This document shows, piece after piece, positions 1 through 11,503 of a stretch of 32,000 bases of DNA. The notes below the pieces were generated by a model that searched no databases, had not been told where the DNA came from, and saw only the letters and a program-made list of their open reading frames with translations. The stretch is from assembly GCA_041941765.1 (NCBI GenBank), contig CP145869.1:402019-434018 (forward strand), written 5' to 3'. A program made the position numbers and the translations under genes. Each line of letters starts with the position of its first letter. Position 1 is the first letter of the stretch. The stretch comes from Candidatus Saccharimonadota bacterium (GTDB lineage Bacteria; Pseudomonadota; Gammaproteobacteria; Enterobacterales; Enterobacteriaceae).

Positions 1-965
1 ATCTTGAACTTAAAGCATTAGATCCCGAACTATTAACTAATATAATTGCATCTCTAGAACCAAGTTTTGGAGCCATTGTTCTTGAGGATATAAAAGCACC
101 TGAATGTTTTTATATTGAGAAAACATTACGTAAAAGCCTTAAGATTCCGGTTTTTCATGATGATCAGCATGGTACAGCTATTATTTTGAGTGCTGCTGTT
201 ATAAATGGTTTGCGTCTGGTGAATAAAAAGTTATCTGAGATTAAACTCGTAGTTTCTGGAGCAGGAGCTTCCGCCATCGCTTGTTTAGATTTATTAGTGA
301 CATTGGGCATAACAAAAAATAATATTGTGGTATGTGATTCAAAAGGTGTAATTTATAAAGGTAGAGAAAAAAATATGTCGCCTACTAAGGTAGAGTATGC
401 TATTAATCCTAGTAAAGGAAAATCTACCTTGGATGAAGTAATACTTGATGCCGATATTTTTTTAGGTTGTTCTAAAGCAAATGTTTTAACTCAAGCTATG
501 GTAAAAAAAATGGCTAAAAATCCATTAATTTTTGCTTTAGCTAATCCACAACCAGAAATTTTGCCTCCATTAGCAAAAGCTGTACGATCTGATATTATTA
601 TTTGTACCGGTCGATCTGATTATCCTAATCAGGTTAATAATGTTCTCTGTTTTCCGTTTATTTTGCGTGGTGCATTGGATGTTGAAGCTACAACTATTAA
701 TCAAGAAATGAAATTAGCAGCAGTCTATGCTATTGCTAATCTAGCCTTATCTAAAGAACAAAATAAAATAGTCACTACTAATAATGATGAAACCTTTATA
801 TTTGGATCAGAATATTTAATACCTAAACCATTTGATCCTCGTTTAATTTTGAAAATTGCACCAGCAGTAGCAAAAGCTGCAATAACTTCAGGAGTTGCAA
901 CTACACCAATTACAGATTTCGCTGCTTATGAAACAAAATTGTCAAACTTAATTCGTTATTATTAG
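1..965 (+). CDS. maeB: NADP-dependent malic enzyme, 5'-partial at the window edge. It ends at the malic-enzyme/PTA-domain boundary, so the PTA-like domain is absent.
   Basis: Frame 3 is open from the window edge. My translation of 3..185 gives LELKALDPELLTNIIASLEPSFGAIVLEDIKAPECFYIEKTLRKSLKIPVFHDDQHGTAII, continuous with the listed ORF. Motifs VVSGAGASAIAC, CTGRSDYPNQVNNVLCFPFI and IPKPFDPRL match MaeB as I recall it. The TTG at 186 is internal, not the start. Confidence 0.9.
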   Translation, partial: LELKALDPELLTNIIASLEPSFGAIVLEDIKAPECFYIEKTLRKSLKIPVFHDDQHGTAIILSAAVINGLRLVNKKLSEIKLVVSGAGASAIACLDLLVTLGITKNNIVVCDSKGVIYKGREKNMSPTKVEYAINPSKGKSTLDEVILDADIFLGCSKANVLTQAMVKKMAKNPLIFALANPQPEILPPLAKAVRSDIIICTGRSDYPNQVNNVLCFPFILRGALDVEATTINQEMKLAAVYAIANLALSKEQNKIVTTNNDETFIFGSEYLIPKPFDPRLILKIAPAVAKAAITSGVATTPITDFAAYETKLSNLIRYY

Positions 966-971
966 AATAAT

Positions 972-1190
972 TTAACGACTCCTAAAAATAATACGTCCTT
1001 TGCTCAGATCATATGGAGTTAGTTCAACTATTACTTTATCACCCGTCAAAATTCGAATATAATTTTTTCTCATTTTACCAGAGATGTGTGCAGTAACTAC
1101 ATGTCCATTATCTAGCTCTACTCGAAACATAGTATTTGGCAAAGTATCTACTACAATACCTTGCATCTCAATATTATCTTGTTTAACCAT
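972..1190 (-). CDS. infA: Translation initiation factor IF-1
   Basis: The 72-aa product is near-identical to E. coli InfA as recalled ([59 protein letters not shown]). Confidence 0.97.
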   Translation of the reverse strand: MVKQDNIEMQGIVVDTLPNTMFRVELDNGHVVTAHISGKMRKNYIRILTGDKVIVELTPYDLSKGRIIFRSR

Positions 1191-1239
1191 ATCCTTCCCT
1201 TTCTTATGAAGTAAGTTTTTTATTAAATTTAAATAAGAA

Positions 1240-2202
<963 letters not shown>

Positions 2203-2363
2203 TCAGTTGCTCCAAGTATTTTATTTTTGCACTCTTTCTTCTTATAAAGGTATGGTAATTAATATCAATCCATAATACTATCTTAAAATAATTGTAATAC
2301 ATCTAAACCTTGATAAGTTAATTGATATAATTAAATTTTACGTACCATTTTGAAAAAATTAAT

Positions 2364-3659
2364 ATGCTTGATCCGAATTTATTACGTAATGAATCTAATA
2401 TAGTCGCTAAAAAATTAGCGCGGAGAAATTTTTTACTAGATATTGATACATTACACATGATAGAAGTCAAACGTAAATCATTACAAATTGAAACCGAAAA
2501 CTTACAATCAGAACGTAATAAAAAATCTAAAGAAATTAGCTTTCTTAAACAGAAAGGTAAAGATATTACCTCTCTTTGTAAAAAAGTTCAAGCATTAAGT
2601 CAATGTATAAGGACAAAAAAAATTGAACTTAATGTATTAAAAAATAAATTTCGTGAATTTATACTTAAGTTACCTAATATTCCAGCAGATGAAGTTCCTA
2701 GTGGTAACAATAAAAGTGAAAATATTGAAATTAGTCGTTGGGGATCCCCAGTAAAATATGATTTTAAAGTACGTAACCACGTGGAATTAGGAGAATTAAC
2801 TTCTGGTTTAGATTTTGCTTCTGCCGTAAAAATAACTGGAAGCCGTTTTATAGTGATGAAAGGACAAATAGCTCGGTTACATAGAGCCTTAGGACAATTT
2901 ATGATAGATCTACATACTAGTAAACATGGTTATACAGAAGTTTATGTTCCTAATTTAGTTAATTATACGTCTCTTTATGGAACGGGACAATTGCCGAAAT
3001 TTAGTAAAGATTTATTTTTTACTCAATTATTAGATTTAGATTCTACAACAAATAATTATGCGTTAATCCCCACAGCAGAAGTACCATTAACTAATTTAGT
3101 ACGTAATGAAATTATAAAAGAAGAATCCTTGCCCTTAAAATTTACTGCACATACTTCTTGTTATCGTTCAGAAGCTGGTTCTTATGGAAAAGATACTCAT
3201 GGACTAATTCGTATGCATCAATTTGAAAAAGTAGAATTAGTACAAATTACACTCCCAGAAGATTCCATGCATACGTTAGAAACTTTAACTAATCATGCTG
3301 AAACCGTGCTAAAAATGTTGGATCTACCATATCGAAAAGTACTATTATGTACTGCTGATCTTGGAAATAGTTCTTGTAAAACTTATGATTTAGAAGTATG
3401 GCTTCCTTCTCAAAATAAATTTATAGAAATATCTTCTTGTTCTAATATGTGGGATTTTCAAGCTCGTCGTATGCAAACCCGTTATATTAATAAAAAAACT
3501 AATAAGACTCGGTTAGTACATACACTCAACGGTTCCGGATTAGCAATAGGTCGTACTTTACTTGCAATCATGGAAAATTATCAAAAACCAGATGGAAGTA
3601 TTTTAATACCCAAAATATTACATTCTTACATGAATGGAATTACATGTATTAGAAATTAA
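2364..3659 (+). CDS. serS: Seryl-tRNA synthetase
   Basis: 431 aa. The N-terminus [10 protein letters not shown] matches E. coli SerS. An N-terminal coiled-coil arm is followed by a class II core ([42 protein letters not shown]). Confidence 0.96.
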   Translation: MLDPNLLRNESNIVAKKLARRNFLLDIDTLHMIEVKRKSLQIETENLQSERNKKSKEISFLKQKGKDITSLCKKVQALSQCIRTKKIELNVLKNKFREFILKLPNIPADEVPSGNNKSENIEISRWGSPVKYDFKVRNHVELGELTSGLDFASAVKITGSRFIVMKGQIARLHRALGQFMIDLHTSKHGYTEVYVPNLVNYTSLYGTGQLPKFSKDLFFTQLLDLDSTTNNYALIPTAEVPLTNLVRNEIIKEESLPLKFTAHTSCYRSEAGSYGKDTHGLIRMHQFEKVELVQITLPEDSMHTLETLTNHAETVLKMLDLPYRKVLLCTADLGNSSCKTYDLEVWLPSQNKFIEISSCSNMWDFQARRMQTRYINKKTNKTRLVHTLNGSGLAIGRTLLAIMENYQKPDGSILIPKILHSYMNGITCIRN

Positions 3660-3674
3660 TTATGTTGTTTATTA

Positions 3675-3747
3675 TGGGTCGTGAGGGATTCGAACCCACG
3701 ACCGTTGGATTAAGAGTCCACTGCTCTACCAACTGAGCTAACGACCC
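3675..3747 (-). tRNA. tRNA-Lys with anticodon CUU; no CCA encoded
   Basis: The reverse complement folds by hand as GGGTCGT TA GCTC AGTTGGTA GAGC A GTGGA CTCTTAA TCCAA CGGTC GTGGG TTCGAAT CCCTC ACGACCC A (73 nt). The acceptor and D arms match the E. coli lysine tRNA as recalled, and the anticodon loop CTCTTAA gives CUU. The 3' flank reads TAA rather than CCA. There are G27-A43 and U50-U64 mismatches. Confidence 0.85.
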
Positions 3748-3759
3748 ATACAAATTTAT

Positions 3760-4587
3760 TTAATAATTACCATCTCTATCTAATTTTTCATTTAAAATAG
3801 ATTTTTGCATACATGCATATATAGCACAGATAATTGACGCGCGGAATCCTTTTTCTTCTAAAACTTTTAAAGCTTCTATGGTTGTTCCTTTTGGTGAACA
3901 AATCTTATCTTTTAGTTCTGCAGGATGTTTTCCAGTAGTTAAAATCATTTCAGCCGCTCCTTTTACTGCCTGTGCAGCAAATTTATATGCCTTTTCTCGC
4001 GACATACCTCCTAGAACAGCAGCATCAGCCATTGCTTCAATAAAAATATAAACATATGCGGGAGCAGAACTACTTACACCTATCACGCTGTGAATGAGAT
4101 CTTCTGTTAGAACCGCAGTTTTTCCAACTAGATTAAAGATCTGGACTACTTGTTTAATTTCCTGTGGTGTTACCAAAGTATTAGATGTAATTGAAGTCAT
4201 ACTTTCACCTACTAAAGCCGCAGTATTTGGCATAACTCTTAAAATTTTTCGATTTGGTCCCACTATTTTTTTTAAGAGATCTAATGTTATTCCTGCAGCT
4301 AAAGAAATTACTAAGGTATTTTCATTTACAAAATCAAACTTATCTTTTAGTACATTTAAAATCACATCTCGTTTAACTGCTAAAAATAAAATATCAGTTT
4401 TTTTAATTACTTCTTCTTCACTAGAAGTAAAATTAATTCCATATTTTTGATGCAGAAAGTGAGTTTTTTCTTGATGACAATCATAGACATAAATATTCAT
4501 TGGCAAAATTAGTCTACTTTTCACCAAACCTGCAATGAGTGTTTCTGCTATATTACCTCCACCAAGAAAACCTAGTCTTTTTTTCAT
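3760..4587 (-). CDS. proC: Pyrroline-5-carboxylate reductase
   Basis: Rossmann motif GFLGGGNIAE sits at the N-terminus, and CSPKGTTIEALKVLEEKGFRA near the C-terminus. I place the start at the ATG at 4585-4587, preceded by AAGGAG 5 nt upstream. The ORF-track start at 4635 would overlap the upstream gene and adds 16 residues with no homolog match. Confidence 0.93.
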   Translation of the reverse strand: MKKRLGFLGGGNIAETLIAGLVKSRLILPMNIYVYDCHQEKTHFLHQKYGINFTSSEEEVIKKTDILFLAVKRDVILNVLKDKFDFVNENTLVISLAAGITLDLLKKIVGPNRKILRVMPNTAALVGESMTSITSNTLVTPQEIKQVVQIFNLVGKTAVLTEDLIHSVIGVSSSAPAYVYIFIEAMADAAVLGGMSREKAYKFAAQAVKGAAEMILTTGKHPAELKDKICSPKGTTIEALKVLEEKGFRASIICAIYACMQKSILNEKLDRDGNY

Positions 4588-4603
4588 TAAATCTCCTTTT
4601 CTT

Positions 4604-5665
4604 TTATTCATTGATATCCTTTGCAGGAGAATCATTTATCCAAACATTAAGTAATTTGTAAGAAATAGCTAATACTACTGGTCCAATAAATAAACCAATC
4701 ATACCAAAAGTAAATAATCCACCAATAACTCCACAAATAATCATAATAATTGGCAAATCAGCCCCCATACGAATTAATACAGGACGCAAAATATTATCTA
4801 AAGTGACAACAAGGCAGCTCCAGATCATTAAAATGGTTGCAGAAGTATTTTTACCACTCCAATACAGCCAAATAATGGCTGGTATTAACACCGGAAGTGT
4901 TCCAAGTTGCATTAAACAAAAGAAAATTAACAACCCTGTTAATAATGCCGCATATGGAATTCCAGAAAAGGCTAATCCTACCCCTCCAAGTATACCTTGT
5001 ACTAAAGCCGTCACCGATACTCCTAATGCCACTGCACGAATAGCTTGAGTAGCAAGTAAAAGAGCTGTTTCTCCACGATGTGTAGCTAATCTCCAAGCAA
5101 AATGACGTATCCATGTTCCTATCTTTTCACCACGCCAGTAAAGTAATATACTAAATAACAACATCAATCCTAAATGCAATAGAACCCGAGCCAAATGGGC
5201 TAACTGTAAGACAATAAAGCCAATATAAGGTTGAGCATAAGTCATCATTGATTTATTATTTTGTCCAGCTAAAAGATTATTCCACTTAGAATATAATTTA
5301 TCTCCAATAATAGGAATATTATCAAGAAAATATAATGAAGGTAATTTGATTTGTCCTAAAGTTAAAGATTGACTTAATGGAATAATATTGTCAATAAAAC
5401 CCGCAAGTAGTAATGTAAGAGGTGTAATCAAAAGCAAAAATAACATAAGTATCATAATCAATATAGCCAAAATTCGACTTCCCCAAAGTAGATTCTGAAC
5501 TTGAATAAACAAAGGCCAAGTTGCAATTACTACCATGCTTGCCCATGCAAAACCAGCGAGAAAAGGTTGTACCACCCAAAAACAAATGACGATTAGTATA
5601 GTAATAAACATAAATAAAAACAATAATTGTGGAATATCCACAGTAGTTTGTAAGAAATTTTTCAT
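4604..5665 (-). CDS. ydiK: AI-2E family (UPF0118, PerM/YdiK-type) inner-membrane transporter
   Basis: 353 aa, polytopic and hydrophobic. Blocks VVQPFLAGFAWASMVVIATWP, LLYWRGEKIG, AIRAVALGVSVTALVQ, IPAIIWLYW and LDNILRPVLIRMGADLP match E. coli YdiK as I recall it. The family call is firm. The exact ortholog assignment is less so. Confidence 0.85.
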   Translation of the reverse strand: MKNFLQTTVDIPQLLFLFMFITILIVICFWVVQPFLAGFAWASMVVIATWPLFIQVQNLLWGSRILAILIMILMLFLLLITPLTLLLAGFIDNIIPLSQSLTLGQIKLPSLYFLDNIPIIGDKLYSKWNNLLAGQNNKSMMTYAQPYIGFIVLQLAHLARVLLHLGLMLLFSILLYWRGEKIGTWIRHFAWRLATHRGETALLLATQAIRAVALGVSVTALVQGILGGVGLAFSGIPYAALLTGLLIFFCLMQLGTLPVLIPAIIWLYWSGKNTSATILMIWSCLVVTLDNILRPVLIRMGADLPIIMIICGVIGGLFTFGMIGLFIGPVVLAISYKLLNVWINDSPAKDINE

Positions 5666-5820
5666 TCTATAATTTATCCTTTGATAACTGGTTTTTTTTT
5701 AGTTTAGGAAAGTTAGAAAATATTTTCCATATTTATAGATAGAAGAAGATCAGATGATAGAGTGAAGTGTTTTTTTTATATATACTGATTGATGAGGAGG
5801 AATAAATCACAAGATATTAG

Positions 5821-5894
5821 TACGTCCGAGTGGATTTGAACCACTGACCAACACCATGTCAAGATGTTACTCTAACCAACTGAGCTACGGACGT
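5821..5894 (-). tRNA. valV: tRNA-Val with anticodon GAC; no CCA encoded
   Basis: The reverse complement folds as ACGTCCG TA GCTC AGTTGGTTA GAGT A ACATC TTGACAT GGTGT TGGTC AGTGG TTCAAAT CCACT CGGACGT A (74 nt). The acceptor and T stems are perfect and the 3' flank reads CTA. It lies just downstream of mdtK, as valV/valW do in E. coli by my recollection. Confidence 0.9.
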
Positions 5895-5933
5895 ATAAAA
5901 AATAATATTAATTAATCAATGTATTTAGTGATT

Positions 5934-7337
5934 TCAATCATCTTCTCGCTGTAAAATATTTTTCTCCAATAAAGATTGCACATTACGGATTCGTAATATC
6001 ATCATAATGGCTGATGCAGTTAAGCCAATGATAAAACCTATCCAAAAACCAGTGACTCCTAAAGGATTAACTATCCAATTAGTTAATCCTAATATATATC
6101 CACATGGTAATCCAATTAACCAAAAAGAAATAAAAGTAATTAAAGAAATAGAAGATGTATCCTGATATGCACGTAATATACCACTGCCGATAATCTGTAT
6201 TGAATCAGAAATTTGATATAAAGCTGCAAATAACATAAGCTTTGCTGCTAATGCAATTACTTGAGGATTATCATTATATAACCAAGCGATCTTTTGCCGA
6301 TAAAATGCAGTTAAACAAGCGGTGATAATAGCAAGAATAATTCCAGTATAATGAGCTGTTTTAGCAGATAAATGTGCGTTGCTAATAGAACCTCTACCAA
6401 GCTGAAAACTAACACGAATCGTAGTAGCTATACTGAGTGAAAGTTGTAAAACAAAAATTAATCCACTAAAATTCAATGCTATTTGATGACTAGCTATTGT
6501 TATAATTCCTAAATGGGTAATTAATAAAATTACCATAGTAAATAAAGTCACTTCAAATAACAAAGATAGAGCTATTGGTAATCCCAAATTACTAAGTTTG
6601 GATATAATTGTCCAATCAGGTTTTAGTTGTAATAAATGTAAGTACGTTACTCTTGTCATATTTTTCATAGAATAACTACTAAAATATCTCAACCAACTAC
6701 TCATAGTTATAAACATAATCCAGTAAACTAGCGCTGTGGTTATACCACATCCTACACCACCGATTGATGGAATTCCAAATTTACCATGAATAATAATATA
6801 ATTTATTGAAATATTAACTATTAATCCTAGAACACTTATTACCATAATTGGTTTAGTATTTGCAAGTCCTTCACATTGACTACGTAATACTTGTAATAAT
6901 AAACATCCCGGAACACCATATAGCATAGCATGCAAATAAAAAATAGTTTGTTCAGCTAATTTCTTATTCTTTATATAGTGTATATATTGCATATAATCAA
7001 TTAAATAAGAAGCTTTATGTAATACAAACATAATTAGCAAAGATGTAATTATTGCTAACCAATAAGCCTGACATATATAATAAGGAATACGATTATATTG
7101 ACCTGAACCATTTAGTTTAGCTACTATAGGAGTTAATGCCATAATTAACCCATAACCAAATAAAATCACAGGTAACCATATAGAAGTTCCTATAGCTACT
7201 GCAGCCATTTCACTAGGATTTCTAGATCCAGCCATCATTGTGTTAACAATATTTATAGAAGTTTGTGCTATTTGTGCTAAAATGACTGGAGCCGCTAAGA
7301 TTAATAATTGACGTACTTCAACTAAATATTTCTGCAC
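5934..7337 (-). CDS. mdtK: MATE-family multidrug efflux transporter
   Basis: 467 aa. It is colinear with E. coli MdtK/NorM as recalled (QKY..E.R.LL.LA.PVILAQIAQT, QCEGLA.TKP, GHQIALNF, YQISDSIQ.IGSGILR, GFWIGFIIGLT.SAIMM). The start is a GTG at 7335-7337 with AAGGA 9 nt upstream. Confidence 0.93.
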   Translation of the reverse strand: MQKYLVEVRQLLILAAPVILAQIAQTSINIVNTMMAGSRNPSEMAAVAIGTSIWLPVILFGYGLIMALTPIVAKLNGSGQYNRIPYYICQAYWLAIITSLLIMFVLHKASYLIDYMQYIHYIKNKKLAEQTIFYLHAMLYGVPGCLLLQVLRSQCEGLANTKPIMVISVLGLIVNISINYIIIHGKFGIPSIGGVGCGITTALVYWIMFITMSSWLRYFSSYSMKNMTRVTYLHLLQLKPDWTIISKLSNLGLPIALSLLFEVTLFTMVILLITHLGIITIASHQIALNFSGLIFVLQLSLSIATTIRVSFQLGRGSISNAHLSAKTAHYTGIILAIITACLTAFYRQKIAWLYNDNPQVIALAAKLMLFAALYQISDSIQIIGSGILRAYQDTSSISLITFISFWLIGLPCGYILGLTNWIVNPLGVTGFWIGFIIGLTASAIMMILRIRNVQSLLEKNILQREDD

Positions 7338-7560
7338 TTATTTTATCCTTTTTAAGGTAAGATATTTAGTTGTCAAAACATAACATATAATTATACCTAA
7401 TTTTATGGTAATTGTAAAAATTATAGCAAAAGTGTAAAATTGGTAGAGTTTTTCAGTGGAATCATAAAACAACTGTAAATTAATGAACTATTTAACAATG
7501 AATTTAAACATAGATGGTTATTATATGAATATAATAGCTACTACTAAATGAGGACTTTTT

Positions 7561-7923
7561 ATGGATATTATTATTGAAAACATTCAACGTCAAATTGCTG
7601 AAAATCCTATTCTTCTTTTTATGAAGGGTTCTCCACAAAATCCGTCCTGTGGATTTTCAGCAAAGACTGTACAAGTGTTATTAAGTTGTGGAGAACCTTT
7701 TACTTCTATAGATATTTTAAAATTTCCTGATATTCGTAGAGAATTACCTAAATATGCTAATTGGCCAACATTTCCTCAATTATGGGTTGAAGGGAAACTT
7801 ATTGGAGGTTGTGATATTATCGTTGAAATGTTTCAGCGTGGGGAATTACAAATACTAATCAAAAAAATTGCTGAGAAATATTTATCTTCTTCTACCAAAC
7901 CTATTTCTGATAATAATCAATAA
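7561..7923 (+). CDS. grxD: Monothiol glutaredoxin (Grx4)
   Basis: 120 aa with the CGFS active site ([10 protein letters not shown]) and [28 protein letters not shown] lies 7 nt upstream of the ATG. Confidence 0.95.
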   Translation: MDIIIENIQRQIAENPILLFMKGSPQNPSCGFSAKTVQVLLSCGEPFTSIDILKFPDIRRELPKYANWPTFPQLWVEGKLIGGCDIIVEMFQRGELQILIKKIAEKYLSSSTKPISDNNQ

Positions 7924-7936
7924 AATTATTAATTTT

Positions 7937-8596
7937 GTGAAAACCTTAAAAGATTTACATACAAGAATTGCACATTTGCGTAGGGAATATACTTTAGGAA
8001 CATTACGTCGTCATAATTTACCATATGATCCCCTCAAATTATTTGAAACCTGGTTACAGCAAGCATGTGAATCAGAATTACCTGAACCTACTGCTATGTG
8101 TTTGGCTACTGTTGATCAAAATAATCATCCGTGGCAACGAATGGTATTACTTAAACATTTTGATAAAAAAGGGATGATCTTTTATACTAATTTAACTAGT
8201 CGAAAAGCGCAACATCTTAATAATAATCCATATATTAGCCTTTTATTTCCATGGAATCTGCTAGAACGACAAGTTATAATTTTAGGAAATGTAGAACGTC
8301 TTTCTCATATAGAAACCGTGAAATATTTCAAAAGTAGACCACGTGATAGCCAAATTAGTACTTGGGTTTCACGTCAATCCAGGATTATATCAAGTCGCAG
8401 AGTATTAGATAATAAATTTATTAAAATAAAAAGCAAATTTAAAAATCGACCGATTCCATTACCTCCTTTTTGGGGAGGATTTCGAATTTATATTAATTAT
8501 ATTGAGTTCTGGCAAGGAGGTAAAAATCGTTTACATGATCGTTTTGTTTTTTATCGGAAAGGAAATGTATGGAAAATTAATCGACTCGCTCCATAA
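7937..8596 (+). CDS. pdxH: Pyridoxamine/pyridoxine 5'-phosphate oxidase
   Basis: [51 protein letters not shown] and the terminal NRLAP match PdxH. I place the start at the in-frame GTG at 7937. That leaves 10 residues before IAHLRREY, the same as E. coli PdxH as recalled. The ATG at 7868 would overlap grxD by 56 nt and adds a low-complexity peptide. No clear SD precedes either start. Confidence 0.88.
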   Translation: MKTLKDLHTRIAHLRREYTLGTLRRHNLPYDPLKLFETWLQQACESELPEPTAMCLATVDQNNHPWQRMVLLKHFDKKGMIFYTNLTSRKAQHLNNNPYISLLFPWNLLERQVIILGNVERLSHIETVKYFKSRPRDSQISTWVSRQSRIISSRRVLDNKFIKIKSKFKNRPIPLPPFWGGFRIYINYIEFWQGGKNRLHDRFVFYRKGNVWKINRLAP

Positions 8597-8632
8597 TAAC
8601 ATCAAAAATCATTCAATTAATTATAAATTAAT

Positions 8633-9928
8633 ATGAGCACCATTATTAATCAATTTAAACAAAGAAGTCTTATCTATCAAATAACTGATGAGATAGCTTT
8701 AAAAAAAAGACTTAATGAATGCAGCGGTATTACACTTTATTGCGGATTCGATCCCACCGCTGATAGCCTACATTTAGGACATCTTATACCACTGCTTTGT
8801 TTAAAACGATTTCAAAATGCTGGTCACAAACCTATTATACTTATAGGTGGAGCAACCGGTTTAATTGGAGATCCAAGTTTTAAAACCACTGAACGTAAAC
8901 TAAATTCTACAGAAATAGTTATTAAATGGATTAAAAACATTAGTAAACAATTGAAATTATTTCTAGATTTTAATTGTGGTAAAAATAGTGCAATGATAGT
9001 CAACAATTATACTTGGCTTGGACAAATGAAGATGATAGATTTTTTACGTATAATTGGAAAACATTTCACCATTAATCAATTAATTAATAAAGAATCAGTA
9101 AAGCAACGTTTAAATCGTAATGATTTAGGCCTTTCTTTTACTGAATTTACTTATACTTTATTACAAAGTTATGACTTTGCCTATCTAAATTCCCAGTATG
9201 GTGTAGAATTACAAATAGGGGGATCAGATCAATGGGGTAATATTACTTCTGGAATTAATTTAACTCGACGCTTATATCAAAAACAAGTTTTTGGTGTGAC
9301 TCTTCCTCTAATTACAAAAAAAAATGGAAAAAAATTTGGTAAAACTGAGGATAATATTATCTGGTTAGATGCTTACAAAACTAGTCCTTATAAATTTTAT
9401 CAGTTTTGGCGTAATACAGCAGATACTGACGTATATAAATTCTTGAAATTATTTACTTTTATTGACCTCAATACTATTGAGACATTAGAAAAAGAAGACC
9501 AAACTAGTGATAAAAAATCTCAACAAGCACAAATTATCTTAGCAGAAGAGGTTACACGACTAGTACATGGTACTACAGGACTATCAGCTGCTCAACGGAT
9601 AACACAATTTTTATTTTCTTCCAATCTTACTTCAATTAGTAATGATATGACGAAAACAGATTTTAATCAGTTAGCCCAAGACGGTATTCCAACTATAACT
9701 CTTGAATTAAAAAATCCAGTTGATTTGCAGCAAGCACTAGTCAAAGCCAACTTAGCATCATCACGTACTCAAGCACGATATCTTATTAATGCTAAAGCGG
9801 TAACTATTAATGGTCAAATGCAATCTAATCCTAGCTATCAATTTTATAATGTAGATAAGCTCTATGGACATTATACATTATTACGACGTGGTAAAAAAAA
9901 CTATTGTTTAATATATTGGAAAGAATAA
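8633..9928 (+). CDS. tyrS: Tyrosyl-tRNA synthetase
   Basis: 431 aa with the class I HIGH-type motif HLGH, the KMSKS-type [20 protein letters not shown] and a C-terminal S4-like [13 protein letters not shown]. Confidence 0.96.
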   Translation: MSTIINQFKQRSLIYQITDEIALKKRLNECSGITLYCGFDPTADSLHLGHLIPLLCLKRFQNAGHKPIILIGGATGLIGDPSFKTTERKLNSTEIVIKWIKNISKQLKLFLDFNCGKNSAMIVNNYTWLGQMKMIDFLRIIGKHFTINQLINKESVKQRLNRNDLGLSFTEFTYTLLQSYDFAYLNSQYGVELQIGGSDQWGNITSGINLTRRLYQKQVFGVTLPLITKKNGKKFGKTEDNIIWLDAYKTSPYKFYQFWRNTADTDVYKFLKLFTFIDLNTIETLEKEDQTSDKKSQQAQIILAEEVTRLVHGTTGLSAAQRITQFLFSSNLTSISNDMTKTDFNQLAQDGIPTITLELKNPVDLQQALVKANLASSRTQARYLINAKAVTINGQMQSNPSYQFYNVDKLYGHYTLLRRGKKNYCLIYWKE

Positions 9929-9983
9929 TTAATGAATGAGAGCCATTAGCTACTAAATTCAGGTTAGGTTTATAAAAATAAAA

Positions 9984-11462
9984 TTATAATAATGGACTAA
10001 AAAAATAAAATAATTGTTCAAGAATTCGTTGCCAATAAGGTCTACGTAACCAACTATTAACATCTATTAGTCGTGAACTAGTAATATAATTTCCTTGTAT
10101 AAAAGATAAATCATTACCAAAGTTCTTATTATCAATAACAAGTGTAATTTCAAAATTCAACCATAAACTACGCATATCAAAATTTACTGTACCAATTAAA
10201 CTCAATTGTCCATCAATTTGGACGCTTTTTGTATGTAATAAACCTCCTTCGAATTGATAAATTTTAACCCCAGATTTTAATAACTCAGTAAAAAAAACAC
10301 GACTAGCCCATCCTACTAAGATTGAATCATTATAGTATGGTAGAATTATACTTACGTCAACGCCACGCTGAGCTGCAATACATAGTGCATGAAGTAAATC
10401 ATCACTTGGTACAAAATAAGGAGTGGTCATAATAATAGCATGACGCGCCGAAAAAATAGCTGTGAGTAGTGCTTTATGAATCATATTATAATCATCAGGA
10501 TAATCAGGTCCTGAAGCAATTACGTGAATTGCAGCAGGTTCACTTGTAGTTAATGAAAATGACGAAATAATACTACTGTCAATATCAGGTTGGAATGGTA
10601 AAATACGGTGACCAGTTTCTAATTCCCAATCACAAGAATAAATAATTCCCATCATATTGGTTATTGGTCCTTCCATACGTACCATTAAATCAATCCATTG
10701 ACCCACTTTAGCTTTTTTAAAAATATGGGGATCTACTAAATTCATGCTTCCTGTATAAGCAATATAATTATCAATTAATACCATTTTACGATGTTGGCGT
10801 AAATCGAGACGTCGAAAAAACATCCGCAATAAACTTACACGTAAAACTTCAACAATCTCTATACCGGCATTACGCATAACAGATACCCAGGTACTATTAA
10901 AAAAATTTCTACTACCAGCTGAATCTAACATTAATCTACAATGTACTCCTCGCTTAGCTGCAGTTATTAATGCATCTGCTACTATATTAGTAATTCCTCC
11001 GGGTTGCCAAATGTAGAAAACAATTTTAATATTATTTCGAGCTAATTGAATATCTTGAATGATAGATTTTACAATCTCATCAGTACTTGTAAGTAAATTC
11101 AACTGGTTAGCTTTAACACTAGTAATACCTTGACGTAATTCACAAAGTTGAAATAATTGACTGGCTACCTCACTATGTTTAATAGCAAAAAATTTTTTAT
11201 AATTTTTAAATTCTTTTATCCATTGAGTAATTGAAGGTAATATAAGTTGTGCTCGTTTAGCTCTTCGGGTTCCTAAATAAAGTTCTTCTAAAATCAAATA
11301 AGCGATAATTCCCATAAATGGAAAAAGATAAATTGTTAATAACCACGCAATAGAAGATGATACAGTTCTACGTTTCATGAAAATTCTACATACTATTGCA
11401 GCAATGAATAATCCATATAATAAAAAAATGAGCTTGCCTATGAAGGAGTAAAAAGTGATCAT
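9984..11462 (-). CDS. clsA: Cardiolipin synthase A
   Basis: 492 aa. N-terminal TM helices are followed by two HKD motifs ([18 protein letters not shown]). The C-terminus LFYFFSPLL is identical to E. coli ClsA as recalled. Confidence 0.95.
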   Translation of the reverse strand: MITFYSFIGKLIFLLYGLFIAAIVCRIFMKRRTVSSSIAWLLTIYLFPFMGIIAYLILEELYLGTRRAKRAQLILPSITQWIKEFKNYKKFFAIKHSEVASQLFQLCELRQGITSVKANQLNLLTSTDEIVKSIIQDIQLARNNIKIVFYIWQPGGITNIVADALITAAKRGVHCRLMLDSAGSRNFFNSTWVSVMRNAGIEIVEVLRVSLLRMFFRRLDLRQHRKMVLIDNYIAYTGSMNLVDPHIFKKAKVGQWIDLMVRMEGPITNMMGIIYSCDWELETGHRILPFQPDIDSSIISSFSLTTSEPAAIHVIASGPDYPDDYNMIHKALLTAIFSARHAIIMTTPYFVPSDDLLHALCIAAQRGVDVSIILPYYNDSILVGWASRVFFTELLKSGVKIYQFEGGLLHTKSVQIDGQLSLIGTVNFDMRSLWLNFEITLVIDNKNFGNDLSFIQGNYITSSRLIDVNSWLRRPYWQRILEQLFYFFSPLL

Positions 11463-11503
11463 TCAATGCTGCTCGCTTTATCTTAGATGGTTTGTAAAAA
11501 TTT

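Noticed and set aside
4588-4635. Longest-ORF N-terminal extensions in the track: proC to 4635, rpmI to 17572, clpP to 29195, tig to 30491, pdxH from 7868
   Set aside because: Homolog N-termini and SD sequences support the downstream starts at 4587, 17524, 29183, 30473 and 7937. The extensions overlap neighbouring genes or are the SD region itself.
4094-5585. Track ORFs 4094..4450(+), 4803..5048(+), 4851..5114(-) and 5391..5585(-)
   Set aside because: All lie inside proC or ydiK, either antisense or out of frame. Their translations are low-complexity with no recognisable motifs. They are typical shadow ORFs of AT-rich coding sequence.
7338-7560. The 223-bp mdtK/grxD divergent spacer, including a 22-codon ORF starting at 7483
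   Set aside because: The ORF overlaps the grxD SD and has non-coding-like composition. The spacer most simply holds the two promoters.
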